From: Tricharina praecox
Lineage: Eukaryota
Assembly (NCBI RefSeq): GCF_024521635.1
Contig: NW_026250410.1
Location: 620,001-684,000 of the forward strand
Direction of reading: 5' to 3'
Length of the DNA stretch: 64,000 nucleotides
In this document: piece after piece, positions 36,197-49,727 of the stretch
Layout of the letters: each line of letters begins with the position of its first letter
Position numbering within the stretch: the first letter of the stretch is position 1
Position numbers and translations under genes: made by a program
The notes under the pieces: generated by a model
What the model saw: the letters and a program-made list of their open reading frames with translations, nothing else
The model's database searches: none
What the model was told of the DNA's origin: nothing

Positions 36197-38732
36197 ATGT
36201 CGTCGGATCCTCCATCACTCGGTTCATGGCCTACCACACACCTCTCGCTCGCTTCGGTAGCGCCCGAAACCGCGGCAGCTTCGGCATACCTCAAGGGCGT
36301 AGTATCACTCCAATGGCCATTTTCGCCGAGTAGTGCAACACTGTCGCTACTCGTCTGCGAGGAGGACGTCCGGCTGCGAGCGTCAAATGGGCAGCTTCGT
36401 GTCGAGTTTCGGGGTGCTTCGGCAAGAGAGGTGGACGCGAAGAAAGTGCAAATTGGAGATCATATAGAGCTGTCGCTGGAGGGCGCCGAGCTTGAAGCGC
36501 TGGATAATGCTACGCCGAGGGATGTGCCATGGAAGATGGTATTTTCTACGAGAATGGTCATGAAGGTACAATAAATAATGTCCCCTACGAACTGACTGGA
36601 CAGAGGAGAGGGATTGTCGCCGCTCCTGTAGCTAACAGAAGTTATGTTCAGTTCAAAACCCCCACCGGTTGGGATAGCATAGACATCGATGTTCCTTCAG
36701 AGGAGGAACCTACGGACTCATTCGAATCAACACTTCCCGACGAAGACGACGCATTTATGTATCCACCTGCTCCGTCCACAAAACAGCCGACTACTCCTCG
36801 ACGCCAGAATGAGTGGAGCTACAAACGGAAAGGGGACCTGCTCGCAACCTCACCGTTGTATCTGCAAAATCTGTTTGGCGATGAAGAATATAATCTGGAG
36901 GTCGATGTGGAACGACCGAGGAAGAGACCCAGGTTTGGCAATTCCTACAGACTCGTGGACCGAACTCCAAGCCCTGGGCCCGAAGGCGAAGACGAGGGTG
37001 AGGGTGTGCAGGACGTTTTCGACTTCATGCCGGAGATCGATCTGGAAGCTGCACGCCTTGCTGCCATGACAGATGAACCGCTTGTCATATTTCAAGATGA
37101 GCCTACTCCTGATGAGCCCATGGTGATATTTCGAGATCAGCCTGCTCCCGATGCCGGTGATCACTCAAATTGGATGGACATGCCGCCACCACCTCTTCCT
37201 CCCCTCAATACACAATTCAATAACACGGAAGACGAAATACCCGATTCACCTTCGCTACGACCAGCCCCATCACCACAGTTACCTCTTGTTTCCCCGTTCC
37301 TTCACCGCGGACTGTCCGAGGACTATGTCAGTGCTGGTGAAGAAATTCGCGAAAACGCATCAGAGGTGCTGGATACACAGGAAGATGCAGGCTTGAGAAT
37401 GGAGCTGCAGGCGCCTATGTCTATGCCTGCGAAGGGAATACCGCGCGACCAAGAAGGTGATGAATTCGATGACGATCCCTTCGCCGTAGTGACGGCAATC
37501 TCAGCAGAGAATTCGAGACCCACGTCGAGTGCCGGTGAGAGTGAACAGGACTCTCTGTTCGATGAGATGTCAGACAGGGAGGATTCGCGAACTCGCCCAA
37601 GGAGCAGATCACCATTACCGGGTCCATCGCCTCTACGGAAAGTCCAGCGGGTGAAGACCCCCGAACGATCACCTACCGCCAGTAGATCCAAGCTAAGATT
37701 GCAAATCACTTCCACCACCTCGGAGTCACCACAACCAGGCGATACACCTCGATCCGCCGCACCGAAAACCCCCTACCTTTACCTTCCGACGCCGTCACCG
37801 AAGGTCACCAGCAACGAGCACATGTCGTTCCCATTTTCTCCGCCGAGCAGGCTGGACTTCGGCAGAAGAGCATCCGAAGCGGGTGACTCACCACGCGGAC
37901 AGAAGAGAAAACTGCTTCGTCAATCCCTGGACTCCGCTCCGCTAGACTTATCGACCTACTTTGGCCGCCCAGGCCCACATGCAACCGAGTACTCGGTCGC
38001 AGAAGAGGACGGTCTAGCCGAAGCTCCGAGTAGCCCCACCGCAGAGAAGGGCCCGTACAAGCGCCGGAACAGTATACATGAACCACACTTGCAGCGAAGG
38101 GGGAGCACGGTCCATTTCAGATCCGGCATCACGACTCCTGTAAGTGTGCCAAGGACATACTCGTGGCTAGATCTCGGTGCTGACATAGATTTCAACAGCT
38201 GTCGGACTTCCCTCCATTGGTATTCCTTTCATGGGGTGCAACAGTAGACCTGATCGGCGTGGTCAGTCAGCACAGTCCTATCGCACGAGCCGAGTCGGGC
38301 CAGAAGGACTATTACATGGCCCTCAGGATCGTTGACTCCTCGCAAAACACGGGCATTGTTATGCGGATATTTAGGCCGTACAAAAATGCCCTTCCGGAGG
38401 TTGAGGTGGGGGATGTGGTAATGCTACGTTCATTCAAGGTTGGTTTCATCTTTATCCCTGCCTATCGTGTAGAGTTCTGACAGTTATGGAAGATCACATC
38501 ATACAAGCACAGGTATGTCGGCGTGTCAACAGAGAATTCGGCTTGGGCGGTGTGGAAGGAGCATGGTAAACAGCGGCCTGCCGTATGCGCCGGGCCTCCG
38601 GTGGAATACGGCGACGAGGAAGAAACATATGTGGCCAGCATTGGAACGTGGTATATGGGCTTGGATCCACAGTACAGAGAGACCATGGAGCACAGGCCAA
38701 AGGAGGAGTTGGTGGCTGGCATCAAGAAATAA
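36197..38732 (+). CDS. OB-fold protein: N-terminal OB-like domain, acidic/Pro-rich linker, C-terminal POT1/Cdc13 (Telo_bind)-like OB domain; 4 exons
   Basis: GVVSLQWPFS..LRASNGQLRVEFRG..IGDHIELSL; DLIGVV..GQKDYYMALRIVD..MRIFRPYKNALPEVEVGDVVMLRSFK..SAWAVW; introns 36566-36651, ~38140-38198, ~38439-38492. Confidence 0.75.
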
Positions 38733-38945
38733 CGATGTAATGATGGATGGTTGCGATGCTACGATTACAGAGTCAAGATCATTTTTATGTTTCTATAGGT
38801 ACTACTGCCATTCTACTCACACTCGTGTTTTTATCTCTGTAGATACCTGCTTCTGCTTTCCTGCTGCGTCTGTTAAGGTGTATTTTACGTACATACTTCC
38901 CACCTAGCCAGCCCCTTATCTATTGGGCGTTGGCCTCCAATGATC

Positions 38946-39054
38946 ATCTGATAAGTTCTCGGAAGGGGACAGTCGGACGCGTGGTGCATGCCACCTCGGC
39001 TCTCAGGATGTCGTCCACATCCGAGATTATCAGATGTCCCTTGCCGTATCAGAT
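38946..39054. promoter_or_regulatory. SreA (GATA) iron-repressor boxes: ATCTGATAA at 38946-38954, the reverse complement at 39027-39035, and a near-match at 39046-39054
   Basis: Exact matches to the ATCWGATAA consensus directly upstream of hapX, a known SreA target. Confidence 0.8.
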
Positions 39055-39312
39055 CAGAGTTTTCACGGCGCTTGCCGCTTTTGGGTGTAGGCGCAATTCC
39101 CGCAGTGGGGTTCCCGACTCGCTCCACACTCTCCGTCATAAACCCCCAGCTGTGCTCGACTCTCCCCTCCGCTCCTCCGGCGCATTGCAATAATCGTCGA
39201 CGTCCCTGAATGTCTCGTCTCCCACGGGCAGCTGCTGTTCATTTTGTTCCTCCCGCCGTCGACCGCCACCACTACTACTGCTCGATAGTATTGCCGACAG
39301 CGGATCTTATCT

Positions 39313-41170
39313 ATGGCATCAGGTGATTTCGCTGCTTCCCCGATAGGTGAGCTGAGTCCACTTGCTTTTTTGGTCGATACCAACTCCGGCACGTGCTGTC
39401 ACTCGTCACTAACATTCAATGTCTCGTTCTTGTTTGCTGCAGCCATTGCTTCGCCGGCGCCTGTATCTTCCATTGGCAGTCCATGTCCAACCCTTGCGCC
39501 AAGGGCTTCCCCGGCTCTGCAGGGCGCGTCTGAAAACCCGGGAATCGTCACACACAAGGAATGGGTTGTGCCGCCGCGGCCAAAGGTAGGCATTTCCACA
39601 GAACGCCGATGAGGTGAAAGCGAAGTGCTGATGAAGCTCAGCCGGGAAGGAAACCGGCTACTGATACGCCGCCAACAGTAAGTTCGGCTTCTCGCCTCCT
39701 CGTTCGGCATGTATTTACAACCCCTGGTAGAAGCGGAAAGCCCAAAACCGCGCCGCTCAGCGAGCATTCCGCGAGCGTCGAGCTGCCCGAGTCAACGAGC
39801 TCGAAGACAGGTTGAAAGAAGTGACCACGGAGACCACCACCAAAGATGCCGAATACCACGAACAAATCCGGCGGCTAATGGAGACCAACGCCGAACTCGC
39901 CAAGGAGAATGCAGCTTACAAGCTGAAGCTCGATAAATTACAAAAGGAGCTTGAAGACGAGCGGCAGAAGCCGCAGCAGCAGGTGGAGCTCACACAGGTT
40001 GCCTCCCCGGCGTCGACTGTGGATGTGCCCTGCGCGGGCGATTGTTCGTGTCAAGACGTTGTAGACAAGGTCCTCTGCGAGCGCGGCAACCCCGCCATCG
40101 CTGCACCAGTGCCCGCACCCGTCGTAGTCGCCCTCCCCAAGCGCACCCGCCCTCCCACCGACCTCACCGACCTAATTGGCTGCGGCTCGTGCAGCAAAGA
40201 CGGAGACTGCAGCTGCTACAACGCCTCCGTCGCCGTCGCCGTCGCCGCCGTATCCGTCCCCAAACGCTCCATCTCTCCACTAGCCAATCCGCCAAAGCGC
40301 TCACGAACAATCGACTACCTCGACGATCTCGAAACCGACTTTACCACCACGTACACAGCCCGTCCGCGGCCGGGAATACTGCACATGCCCGACCCGTGCG
40401 GCTTCTGCTCCGACGGCACACCCTGCGTGTGCGCCGAGATGGCAAACGCCATGGACATGGAGGACACCGACACCGACGGCGAGGGCGGTGACATCAAGCT
40501 GGCGCCACTCCTTGGTGGGCGCGGCCTCCTATCCCCGCCCGGTTCCAGCATAGGCGAGCACGTCCCGCTCCGCCGCATGGCCGGCCTCGACAAGCCGCTG
40601 CCACTGTACTCGCCGTCCACGCGGCCGACGCCCCAGTCCGCCGTGGCCACCCCCTCCTCCCTACCCGCCCCCCCATCCTCCGGCTGCAAGCCCGGCGGCT
40701 GCGACCAGTGCAAGGCCGACCCCATGTCCACGCTGTTCTGCCAAAGCGTCTCCACGCGCATGAGCGGTGGCGGCGGTGGTAGCGGCGGCTGTTGCGGCGG
40801 CGCTGGCCCAGGCGGCGGCTGCTGCAAAGACATCGAAACACCCACTAGTATTCCTGCTTCCGTCCCCCTGCGAAAACGGACTACGCGCGCCAGCACGGCC
40901 AAGAAACCTCCACCGCCTCCCCCGCCACCACCAGCCCCACCTCCTCCAACAACAACCGGAACGGGAGTGAAAACGGGAACATACATCCCCTGCTCAGCCG
41001 CCTACCAAGCGCTGAGCCGGCACCGAGCATTCGACGAGGCGGCGGCAGACCTGGGCGCACTCGTGCGCCCGCTGGTGATACAGAGTCGCGATGGCCGGTG
41101 TCCGCAGGTCGAGATCAGTTCGGTCAGGGACGTGCTGAAGATGCTGGACCGGAGGTTTGGGAGGGATTAG
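39313..41170 (+). CDS. hapX: HapX iron-responsive bZIP transcription factor (Hap4-like domain, bZIP, Cys-rich regions), 4 exons
   Basis: KEWVVPPRPK/PGRKPATDTPPT/KRKAQNRAAQRAFRERRAARV; LETDFT; CGFCSDGTPCVC; CDQC..LFC; GCCGG..GGCC; IPCSAAYQALSRH. Confidence 0.95.
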
Positions 41171-41677
41171 GTGGGAGCGGGGACGGGGGGACGGGGGGAC
41201 GGGGGGACGGGGGGACGGGGGGGTTTGTTTTGGCGTTAGGGGAGTTTTGCGTTGTATTGTACTCTACTTTTATGGAGGGAGGTACGTGGTGTATATATTT
41301 TCTGGATCAAGGGCTAGTCTGCATATCTGTTTGCACAGATGGAGGGCGCATGAGAAATCAATGTGAAATCTGGATGTGCATAAGCACTTAAGCATCGTGA
41401 CATCGCTGCTTCCTACATAATGTATTTGCAAGGAAAAAAAGGGAATCACCGCAAAGACAGACAGGCAGACAGACAACTTGATATCAAAATCAAAACCAAG
41501 TACAAGACCAACGAAATATCCAATCCAATCCAATTGCAAAGCACTAACTGCATAACTGTAATAACCAAACCTTAAACTCTGCGAAATAGAAATAGAAATC
41601 CAGAACCGAAACCACAACACCAACCAGCCAGCCGAGCATACATGCACCCAAACACTACATAGAAGCGATCAGCTGCG

Positions 41678-43201
41678 CTACAACTGGTCGATATTCAACT
41701 GCTCGAGGCGATTTCCAAGCTTCTCGATCTGCAGAAACACATCTGTTCCGTAGCCCTCCATGCTGGTATGCTGCAGACTGCCGCCCCAATACTCGGCGTA
41801 GACCCTGGTCATGGGCAGGCCCATGCCGAGCTTCAGGTCGGGCGGGCGGTAGGTGAGGGTGTGCAGACTAGTCTCGCCGACGTCGGGCTGGAGCTCCTGG
41901 AGCTCCTGCAGGGTCCCGGCCATCTTCGGAACCTGCGCAAAATTCTTGAGGCGGGTGAGGTCGGTGCGGCGAGTTTTTGCGAACGACCAGAGGTCTTCCG
42001 TCTCGTCGGGGGGGATGCCGCCTCCCTGGTCGCTAACCCGGAAGATGACGTGTTTTGGGGCGTGGCAAATGAGCACGTTGATGGGGGGCGGGGTTGGCGT
42101 CTTCCAGCCGTGGTGCGCCACCGTCGCCTCGATGCTGTTGCGCAGCAGCTCGCCGATGATGTACTCGAGGTGGCTCAGGATGTAGGGGAACGTTGTGTCC
42201 AGGTGCCCCTCGATGCGGATTTCGGGGATCGGGTGCGAAGCGCCGTGTGCTTTGCGCGCGAGCTCGGCCGCGTACGCGCCCACGCGCTCTACGACTTCTT
42301 TGGCGTTGCAGCGGAGGAAGACTTCGCCCACGAAGTCGCCGTGGTGGTACGCCGGCGCGTCCGGGAAGTGGAACGGGCTGTTGAACGTGTCGGTTAGGGC
42401 GAGGTGCTGCTCTGCTATGACGCGGCGGGAGATTCGCTGGTTGCAGTCAGTAGGCATTCCCCAACCCACAAACCCCCACTCCCCCATGCATCACTTACAC
42501 TCCTCAACAACGTATGCATAAACTTATCCAGCTGTTCGGCGGGTAGCAGATCCCTACACTCCAGCACCCCCATCGCGAGCCTAGGAATCACGGTGAGATG
42601 CTCCTTCAGCGCCGCCTTGATGATGCCACAGAAGCGATCATTATCCTCTGCAGTTTTTATCTCGGGCACCTTTCGGAACGACTCGAAGGCGGCATAGTAC
42701 AGCTCGTAGACGTACGACAGGTGGCGATTCGTGACGACTACGTAGGGAAGCTTCTGCATGTCACGGATTCGGTGCGCGAGGCGAACCGGGAGCTCCGTTC
42801 GCACATAGTTGGCGCTATTCACGATGCGTTTCTCGTCGAGGTTGCGGCAGCCGAAGAATATGAGCTGCAGGGTGTGAGTCACGCTGGGCGCGGGGTGGGG
42901 AGGGAATAGCGGAAGGACTCACCTGGCGCAGGGAGATGGGGCGGGCTGGCTTCTCGACGTAAGAATCGAGGACGGTGGAGGAGCGCCATCTTGTGGGATT
43001 ATTTGAGGTTGTAGATGTCGTTGGCGTGGTTGTGACGTTTGCGGTCACAGAAGGAAGATTGGGCTGGGCAGATTGCGACTGATTGTATCTTCGATGGATC
43101 ACGGCGGCAGTAGAAGTAGGAGAAAGATGTAGACGAGCGATATAGCGGGGTAGTCCTTTCCTCAAGGACAGCAACCGGTGCGATGATTGCGGCAAGAGCA
43201 T
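41678..43201 (-). CDS. Mitochondrial pyruvate/branched-chain alpha-ketoacid dehydrogenase kinase family (Pkp2-like), 3 exons
   Basis: ISLRQL, SANYVRTELPVRLAHRIRDMQKLPY, RISRRVIAEQH, ELLRNS, FRVSDQGGGI, GMGLPMTRVYAEYWGGSL..GYGTD (GHKL ATPase). Confidence 0.93.
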
Positions 43202-45579
43202 GGTCGTGAGGATGCCATTGACTCTTCTGCGATGAGAGGTTATGAGGTGACGGCGGCGGTGGTGGTGGTGGGTAGTGGTGGCGTGTGGACGGCAGTTTTG
43301 CGGGGTGTGGATTTAAGGTGTGACAAGCAGGCAAGCGACTGGGCCTAAGCCAGACGGGTTAGAGTGAAGTCTTCACACTTTGGGGGATCGGCACTGATGC
43401 TGGGGCACATGTGATGGATCATGGGGATAGTACATGGTAGGAGAGGGAATAGCTGGTACACGGAAAGAGGGCATGCACTTGTTATATACCGCTCTGGTCG
43501 TATTCTATATCGATGGCGGTGATTGTTACTGGCCGTGAGTGTCGGAGAGGAAGACACCGGATGAGATAGGTACCGGTGCGTACTCGGCGACACTTTGAAT
43601 CAGGACTTCAGTCCCCACGATCATGGTATGCGTGGACTCGCAATGGACGGAAGTGAAGGAAGAGATATCTACGAGCAAGCAGTCATAGGTAGAGTGGAGT
43701 GGGTAATAGGTAACTGAGTTAAATGTGTACTAGAGATAAATAGAGGATAGACGCTTATGCGAGTCCACCCACACTGCGGACAGGGCGGCAGAGTGCAGCG
43801 CGATGATTGGACGCAGCATTGTGATAGGCACGGCTGCAAGTTGAGAGAGAGAACGTTGGTTTTATTGTCGGATACGGCCTTGCTACTTAGGCCGCAAGTT
43901 GATTTGCTTCTTCTGTGGCTTGGATACACGGCATTCCGAGTGACACGCGGTGACGGAACACATTCGTCGTTGGTCTGTGCTGTGCGCAGTATAGATGTCG
44001 ATCACAAGAAACAGCCCGACCGGGCAGTCTCAAAGCAGGCGACCACTTTCCCGAAAGGATGATTCCAGCCAGGCACGATCGTCATGCGCATGGCCTGCTT
44101 CAGTGCTTCACTGGCCTGCAGGGCTCACTGACAAATCAAGCGGGTTGCGGAGCGGCGGAGTACCGGTATGTATCTGGATACTGGTACTGTAGCGCTGGTA
44201 CATACTATACTCAGACTTCTAGGGCGACGTCACTCTGGAGAAGGCTTGCATCACCGATTCCCGCGGCGGATAGCTACTCTCGAGCGAAAGCCTCGTTTCC
44301 GTACAGCTGGGCCGAACGACAACAATGGATCGAAGCGGCCTGGAAACGGGACGGCAGCCCGTCAGCAAATAGGTAAACATTTTTTCTCGCTGTCCAGCCA
44401 TGTTGCGGGGCCCGCCGTCAGCGAGTGTCCGCCGGTCGCCCGTTAAGCACGGCTGCGCCACGAGAGCTATCACATGTGGTTAGAGTGCTTCCGATGACCC
44501 CAGCCTTGATGGCTACGTTTGGGACTCTCTCGCGTGCTAGCGGGGGAGGGGAAGCTGGGCGACAAAGACTGTATGAATTCTATGACGGAGGGCTGTGGAT
44601 TTGCGAGCAAGCGAAGGGTCTCTCCCGAATCGAAACGGCCAAGTGGACAGCATACGGTACATGATGAGCCCGGCATTCATGATGTACTTGGTGGTCAACG
44701 ATACTTAGAGCAATAGACATCTCGCAAGGTAGTTTGGCCTGTACCAGACGGCACGAAGCAACGGACAAGAAGTCTCCACTCGCAATTGCAATTCACTCCG
44801 TGAGAAGAGGCAGTTACATAATGTATTCCCGGTGCAAAGAGGGCTTCAGCCTTTGTCCTCTCACCTAGACGTTTGTGCCACAGGTGTGGCAAATTACGTA
44901 GTACTCCGTACTCACCTTGCACTAGTACCCTCTACCTTCCAAGTGCGGCTCTAAGGGCCCCGCCACACCCCTCCTCACCCTTCCTTCCTTTCTATCCCCC
45001 ACCACGCAAGCAGCCCTTCTACTAACCCCCATCTCCTTCTGCCTTGCTCGTATCGTATCCCAACCACACAAAACCACTCACACACTGATTCTACTCTATT
45101 TTACATATCCATCACGCAAACCACATCGCAGTTGCTTGTAGTCACGGCTACATTCCCAACCCGGAAACAAAGCTATTGCTCGAAACCGCCATCTTCCTCC
45201 CGCGCCTGATTTCAGCCTTCTACCTCTACCTCTCCCCCACCTGCTCCAAGGCTCAGAGGGCATTAATCAAACCCCCCATCCCATGTTCTCGGCTTGCTCT
45301 GCCTTCAGCTCTAACCGCGCTTTATTCGACTGCTAATCCCTGCCAACTGCTGCCCGCTTCTTTGTCCGCTCCGCCTACCTACATAACTACGACATTACAC
45401 TTCTCACTACCGTCATCGCATCCTTCCACCTCGTTCCCGAATTGCACGACTGCAGTACCCCCAACCGATCCTATACACCTTCTACCCTTCAGCTGCTACT
45501 CCACGTTACACTATTCACTCGTGCCGAAGCAGGTCGTTAGAAAGCTCGCCCAAATACCTAGCTCCCCGGGTTAGCAAGC

Positions 45580-48500
45580 ATGGCGGACATTGTGAGTTCC
45601 CGCATTCCGCAGAGATGGCCGATGCCCCTCCCCCCAGACGACCGTTGCTCCCGTTTCCCTTAACGTCTCTCTGACATTCCGCCGATGCAGGACGGTTCCA
45701 ATCCGATGAGCATAGACGTCGATCCAGCCCTGGACGAAAAGCAGGCTGTGGTTGAAGATGGCGTTGCGATCATCACCCCCGACGTCGAGATTGAGGCTCC
45801 TGCAGCTGCCCCCATCCGGGCTGATGACTGTATGTACACCTCCCGGCTCGGCTGGCGTTCCCACCTCGGATCCGCATCGTTTCTTTCTCGCTGGTCTTGG
45901 TGACGGTGTTAGCCTGTCCCGGTGATCCGAAGCTGACCTGATGTGTTCGTGCAGTCGCAATGATGAAGAACATAGTGCTCCCAGAGGAACCTGGTCTGGA
46001 AGCGGAAATCGAGGGAATGTACCACTGGGACATCACCAATTGGCGGAAAATGGAGCGGAGGTCTCACAGTCCGGTATTCACAGTTGGTGACACCCCATGG
46101 TATGTGCGAGAGAACTCTTGGCCATCTGCAGCTGTACACGGCTGATACCTTTACTAGGCGGATATTATTCTTCCCTTTCGGAAACAACTGCGACTGCGCT
46201 TCGTTCTACCTGGAGCACGGATTCACGGATAAGCCGCCGGAGAAATGGTACAAGTGCGTGCAGTTCGGGTTGGTAATGTGGAATCCGAACGCGCCCACAA
46301 GTTTTGTTCACCACCGTAGGAATCTCCAAATCGAGGGGACACTGTTGGCGGGATGCGTTTCTGATGAATATCCGTAGAGGCACACCACCGGTTCACGGTC
46401 GAGGAAGGCGATTGGGGCTTCACAAGGTTCGTCGAGTTGAGGGAGCTTATGGCGACCAGCGACAAGAGGCCACGGCCATTGATTGAGAACGAGTCGACTC
46501 GAGTGACTGCATACGTGCGCATCATGAAGGACCCTACCGGAGTGTTGTGGCACAACTTTCAGAAGTATGGCACTTGCTCGTCATGCATATGATAATGGCT
46601 GACTCGTCGTAGCTATGATTCCAAAGCGGAAACCGGATATGTCGGATTGAAGAACCAGGGAGCGACCTGCTATCTGAATTCCTTGTTGCAGTCGCTGTAC
46701 TTCACCAACTGTTTCCGGAAGGCGGTATACCAAATTCCTACCGAGGATGCGAACCTCACAAATAGCGCCCTCACTCTACAGCGCCTGTTTTTCTCACTCC
46801 AAACCCATCACGATGCTGTAGCTACTCTGGAGTTGACGAAGTCGTTCGGCTGGGAGACACAAGACATCTTTGCTCAGCAAGATGTACAGGAGCTGAATCG
46901 CGTCCTGATGGAGAATTTGGAGACCAAGATGAAGGGGACGGAAGTCGACAACATTCTCAACAGGATTTTCGTAGGCAGGACAAAGACCTACATCAAATGC
47001 ATCGATGTCGATTATGGATCGGAACGCGTGGAAGATTTTTGGGACATTCAGCTGAACGTTCGAGGCTACAAGAACTTGGACGAGTCATTCAAAGACTATA
47101 TCGCTGTCGAAACTATGAATGGTGAGAATAAGTATTACGCCGAAGGGCATGGACTACAGGATGCGGAGAAGGGAGTCATCTTTGAGTCTTTTCCGGATGT
47201 TCTCCACCTTCATCTGAAGCGCTTCGAGTATGATTTGAATACCTACGCTATGCAGAAGGTAGGGATCGCATGTTCTGGGCGAACTTGGTTACAGATCTGA
47301 TTAGGTGGCATTCTTTAGGTCAATGACTACTATGAATTCCCCGAGGACTTTGACGCCGCGCCGTATCTGTCCGATGATGCGGATAAGGATGCAGGATGGG
47401 AGTACGTTTTGCATGGGTAAGTCACACCGGTCGTTCCCCGGAAATCGCAGACAGTCGAGCTGAATTCCCACAGAGTTTTGGTGCATAGTGGTGATCTCAA
47501 TGCCGGTCACTATTACGCCTTCCTGAAGCCAGAGAAGGGCGGTGAATTCTTCAAGTTCGATGACGACCGTGTTACGAAAGCCACGAAACGGGAGGCGATG
47601 GATGACAATTTCGGCGGAGAGTACACTATACCAGCTAACCACGACGGCAGTCGGAATCAGCTCTCTAGAACCCTTCCTACCAAGCGATCGATGAACGCCT
47701 ACATGTTGGTCTACCACCGCAAAAATAAGATTGATGAGATTTTGGTCCCTGTGACCGAGGCGGATGCTCCCGAACACCTGCGTATGTAAAAGTGAGCAGT
47801 CCTTCACTATGTGTGCGATAGCTGACATGTGTCTTCAGCCATACGATTTGAAGAAGAGAGGTTGCAACTGGAACGACGGAGGAAAGACAAGGAAGAGCAG
47901 CACCTCTACCTCTGGGTGAGAGCAATCACCGGTAAACAGTTCAGAGCGCATCAAGGGTTCGACCTGGCTACGTGGGATGATAAGGACGCCCACCAAGACT
48001 CACAGCCCATTGTATTCCGCTTCAAAAAGGCCAGTAAGATGAAGGAGCTGGTGGAAGACCTCGCACAGCGCCAAGGCTGTTCGCCGGATCAACTGAGGCT
48101 ATGGGTAATGGTGAACCGGCAGAACAAGACAGTGAGACCCGATCAACCATTACTGGATCTTGACAAGAGTAAGCACACTGGATTCACCGGTAAATCTGTT
48201 TCTGTAATGCTGACGACTCGTAGCGGTTGAGGAGATGTCGATGAAGCACAACACTAAGAGTAGTGACTTCCGTGTTTGGGTGGAGTACACCGAGAGTCTC
48301 AAGGACGCGCCCTTTAACAAGGAGCATAATCCCAATGGTCCTTGGATAGTTGTTTTCCTCAAGTATTACGACCCACTGAACCAGTCTCTGATGGGCGTGC
48401 GACATGTCTACATGCGGCGAAACGATAAGGTCCAGGAAATACTGCCGACGATCAACGAAATCATGGGGTGGCCCGCGAAGACCGAACTGATGCTCTTCGA

Positions 48501-49727
48501 GGAGATCAAGCCCACGATGATTGAGCCGATCAAGGTTAAGCAGACGTTCCAACAAGCGGAGATCCAAGACGGGGATATCATCTGTTTCCAGAAAGTGCCG
48601 ACCGAGAAGGAGCACGAGGTCATCAAGGAGAAGAGATTACCTCGGGATGCGAAGGAATTTTATGACATGCTCGTAAACCTCATTGCCATACGCTTCATCC
48701 CTAAAGGTGGCCAGCCGGATATATACAAGGACTTCATCTTACCGCTCTCCAAGAAGAACTTGTACGATGAGGTTGCAGAGAAGGTTGCCGCGCATATCGG
48801 CGTTCCTCCCACGCATATCCGGTTCACGACCATCATCGCTTCGAGCAGTGCAGCCCGGACACCGATCAAGAGAAACCCCGCGGTGACATTGGTGCAAATG
48901 GTGTCGCCTCAGTACTATTCCACCACTCAGATTGCTCACAATCAACTTTTATACGAGGTTCTGGATATGTCACTCGCCGAGCTTGAGACCAAGAGATTGA
49001 TCAAGTTCACATGGCTACCGGAAGGTATCACGAAAGAGGAGCCGGCAGAGGCGCTGGTCCCCAAGGTTGGATCGATGGCCGACATCATTCCCTATCTCCA
49101 ACAGCGGTTCAATGTTGCGGATGCCATGGTGAACAGGATCCGCTTCTTCACCGCGCATATGGGTAAGTTCCATAAGGAATTAAACCTACAGTACACTGTG
49201 GCCAGCATCCAGGATTACAATCAGCTATACTGCGAGATAGTGCCAGAAGAGGAGGTTGACGCCGACTTGAAGATCACCAGAATCCTTGACTGTTTCCACT
49301 ACCACAAGGAACCTAGCAAGCAGCACACCCAAGGCGTACCGTTCAAGTTCGTCGCGAAGAAGGTCAGTCGGAAACAATCCTCTAGGCTCGGAACAGCAGC
49401 TGATCACCTTTCATTAGGGCGAGAAATTCGAGGATACCAAGGCTCGCCTTCAAGCTCGGACGGGTCTCAAGGGCAAGCCATTTGAGAAGATCAAATTTGC
49501 AGTTGTCAAAAAGTCCACTTATTCGAAACCCATATATCTTGCTGATGGTTCGTTCCCGCGGTGCAATCGCTTTCAAGTGGACAAGAAGCTTACAAGTTGT
49601 TGCAGATGATATTTTGTACGATGTTGCGAACGAAGCCGAGGATGCTCTCGGCCTGGATCACGCGGATAGACATGCTAACAGCAGGAATCAATGGGCACGG
49701 CAGGGACCAGAGATCCGAATCAAATAG
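45580..49727 (+). CDS. UBP15: Ubiquitin-specific protease Ubp15/USP7 (MATH + UCH + USP7 C-terminal domains), multi-exon
   Basis: MATH WRILFFP..DWGFTRF; Cys box GYVGLKNQGATCYLNSLLQSLY; QQDVQE; His box VLVHSGDLNAGHYYAF; LWVMVNRQNKTVRPD. Confidence 0.96.
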
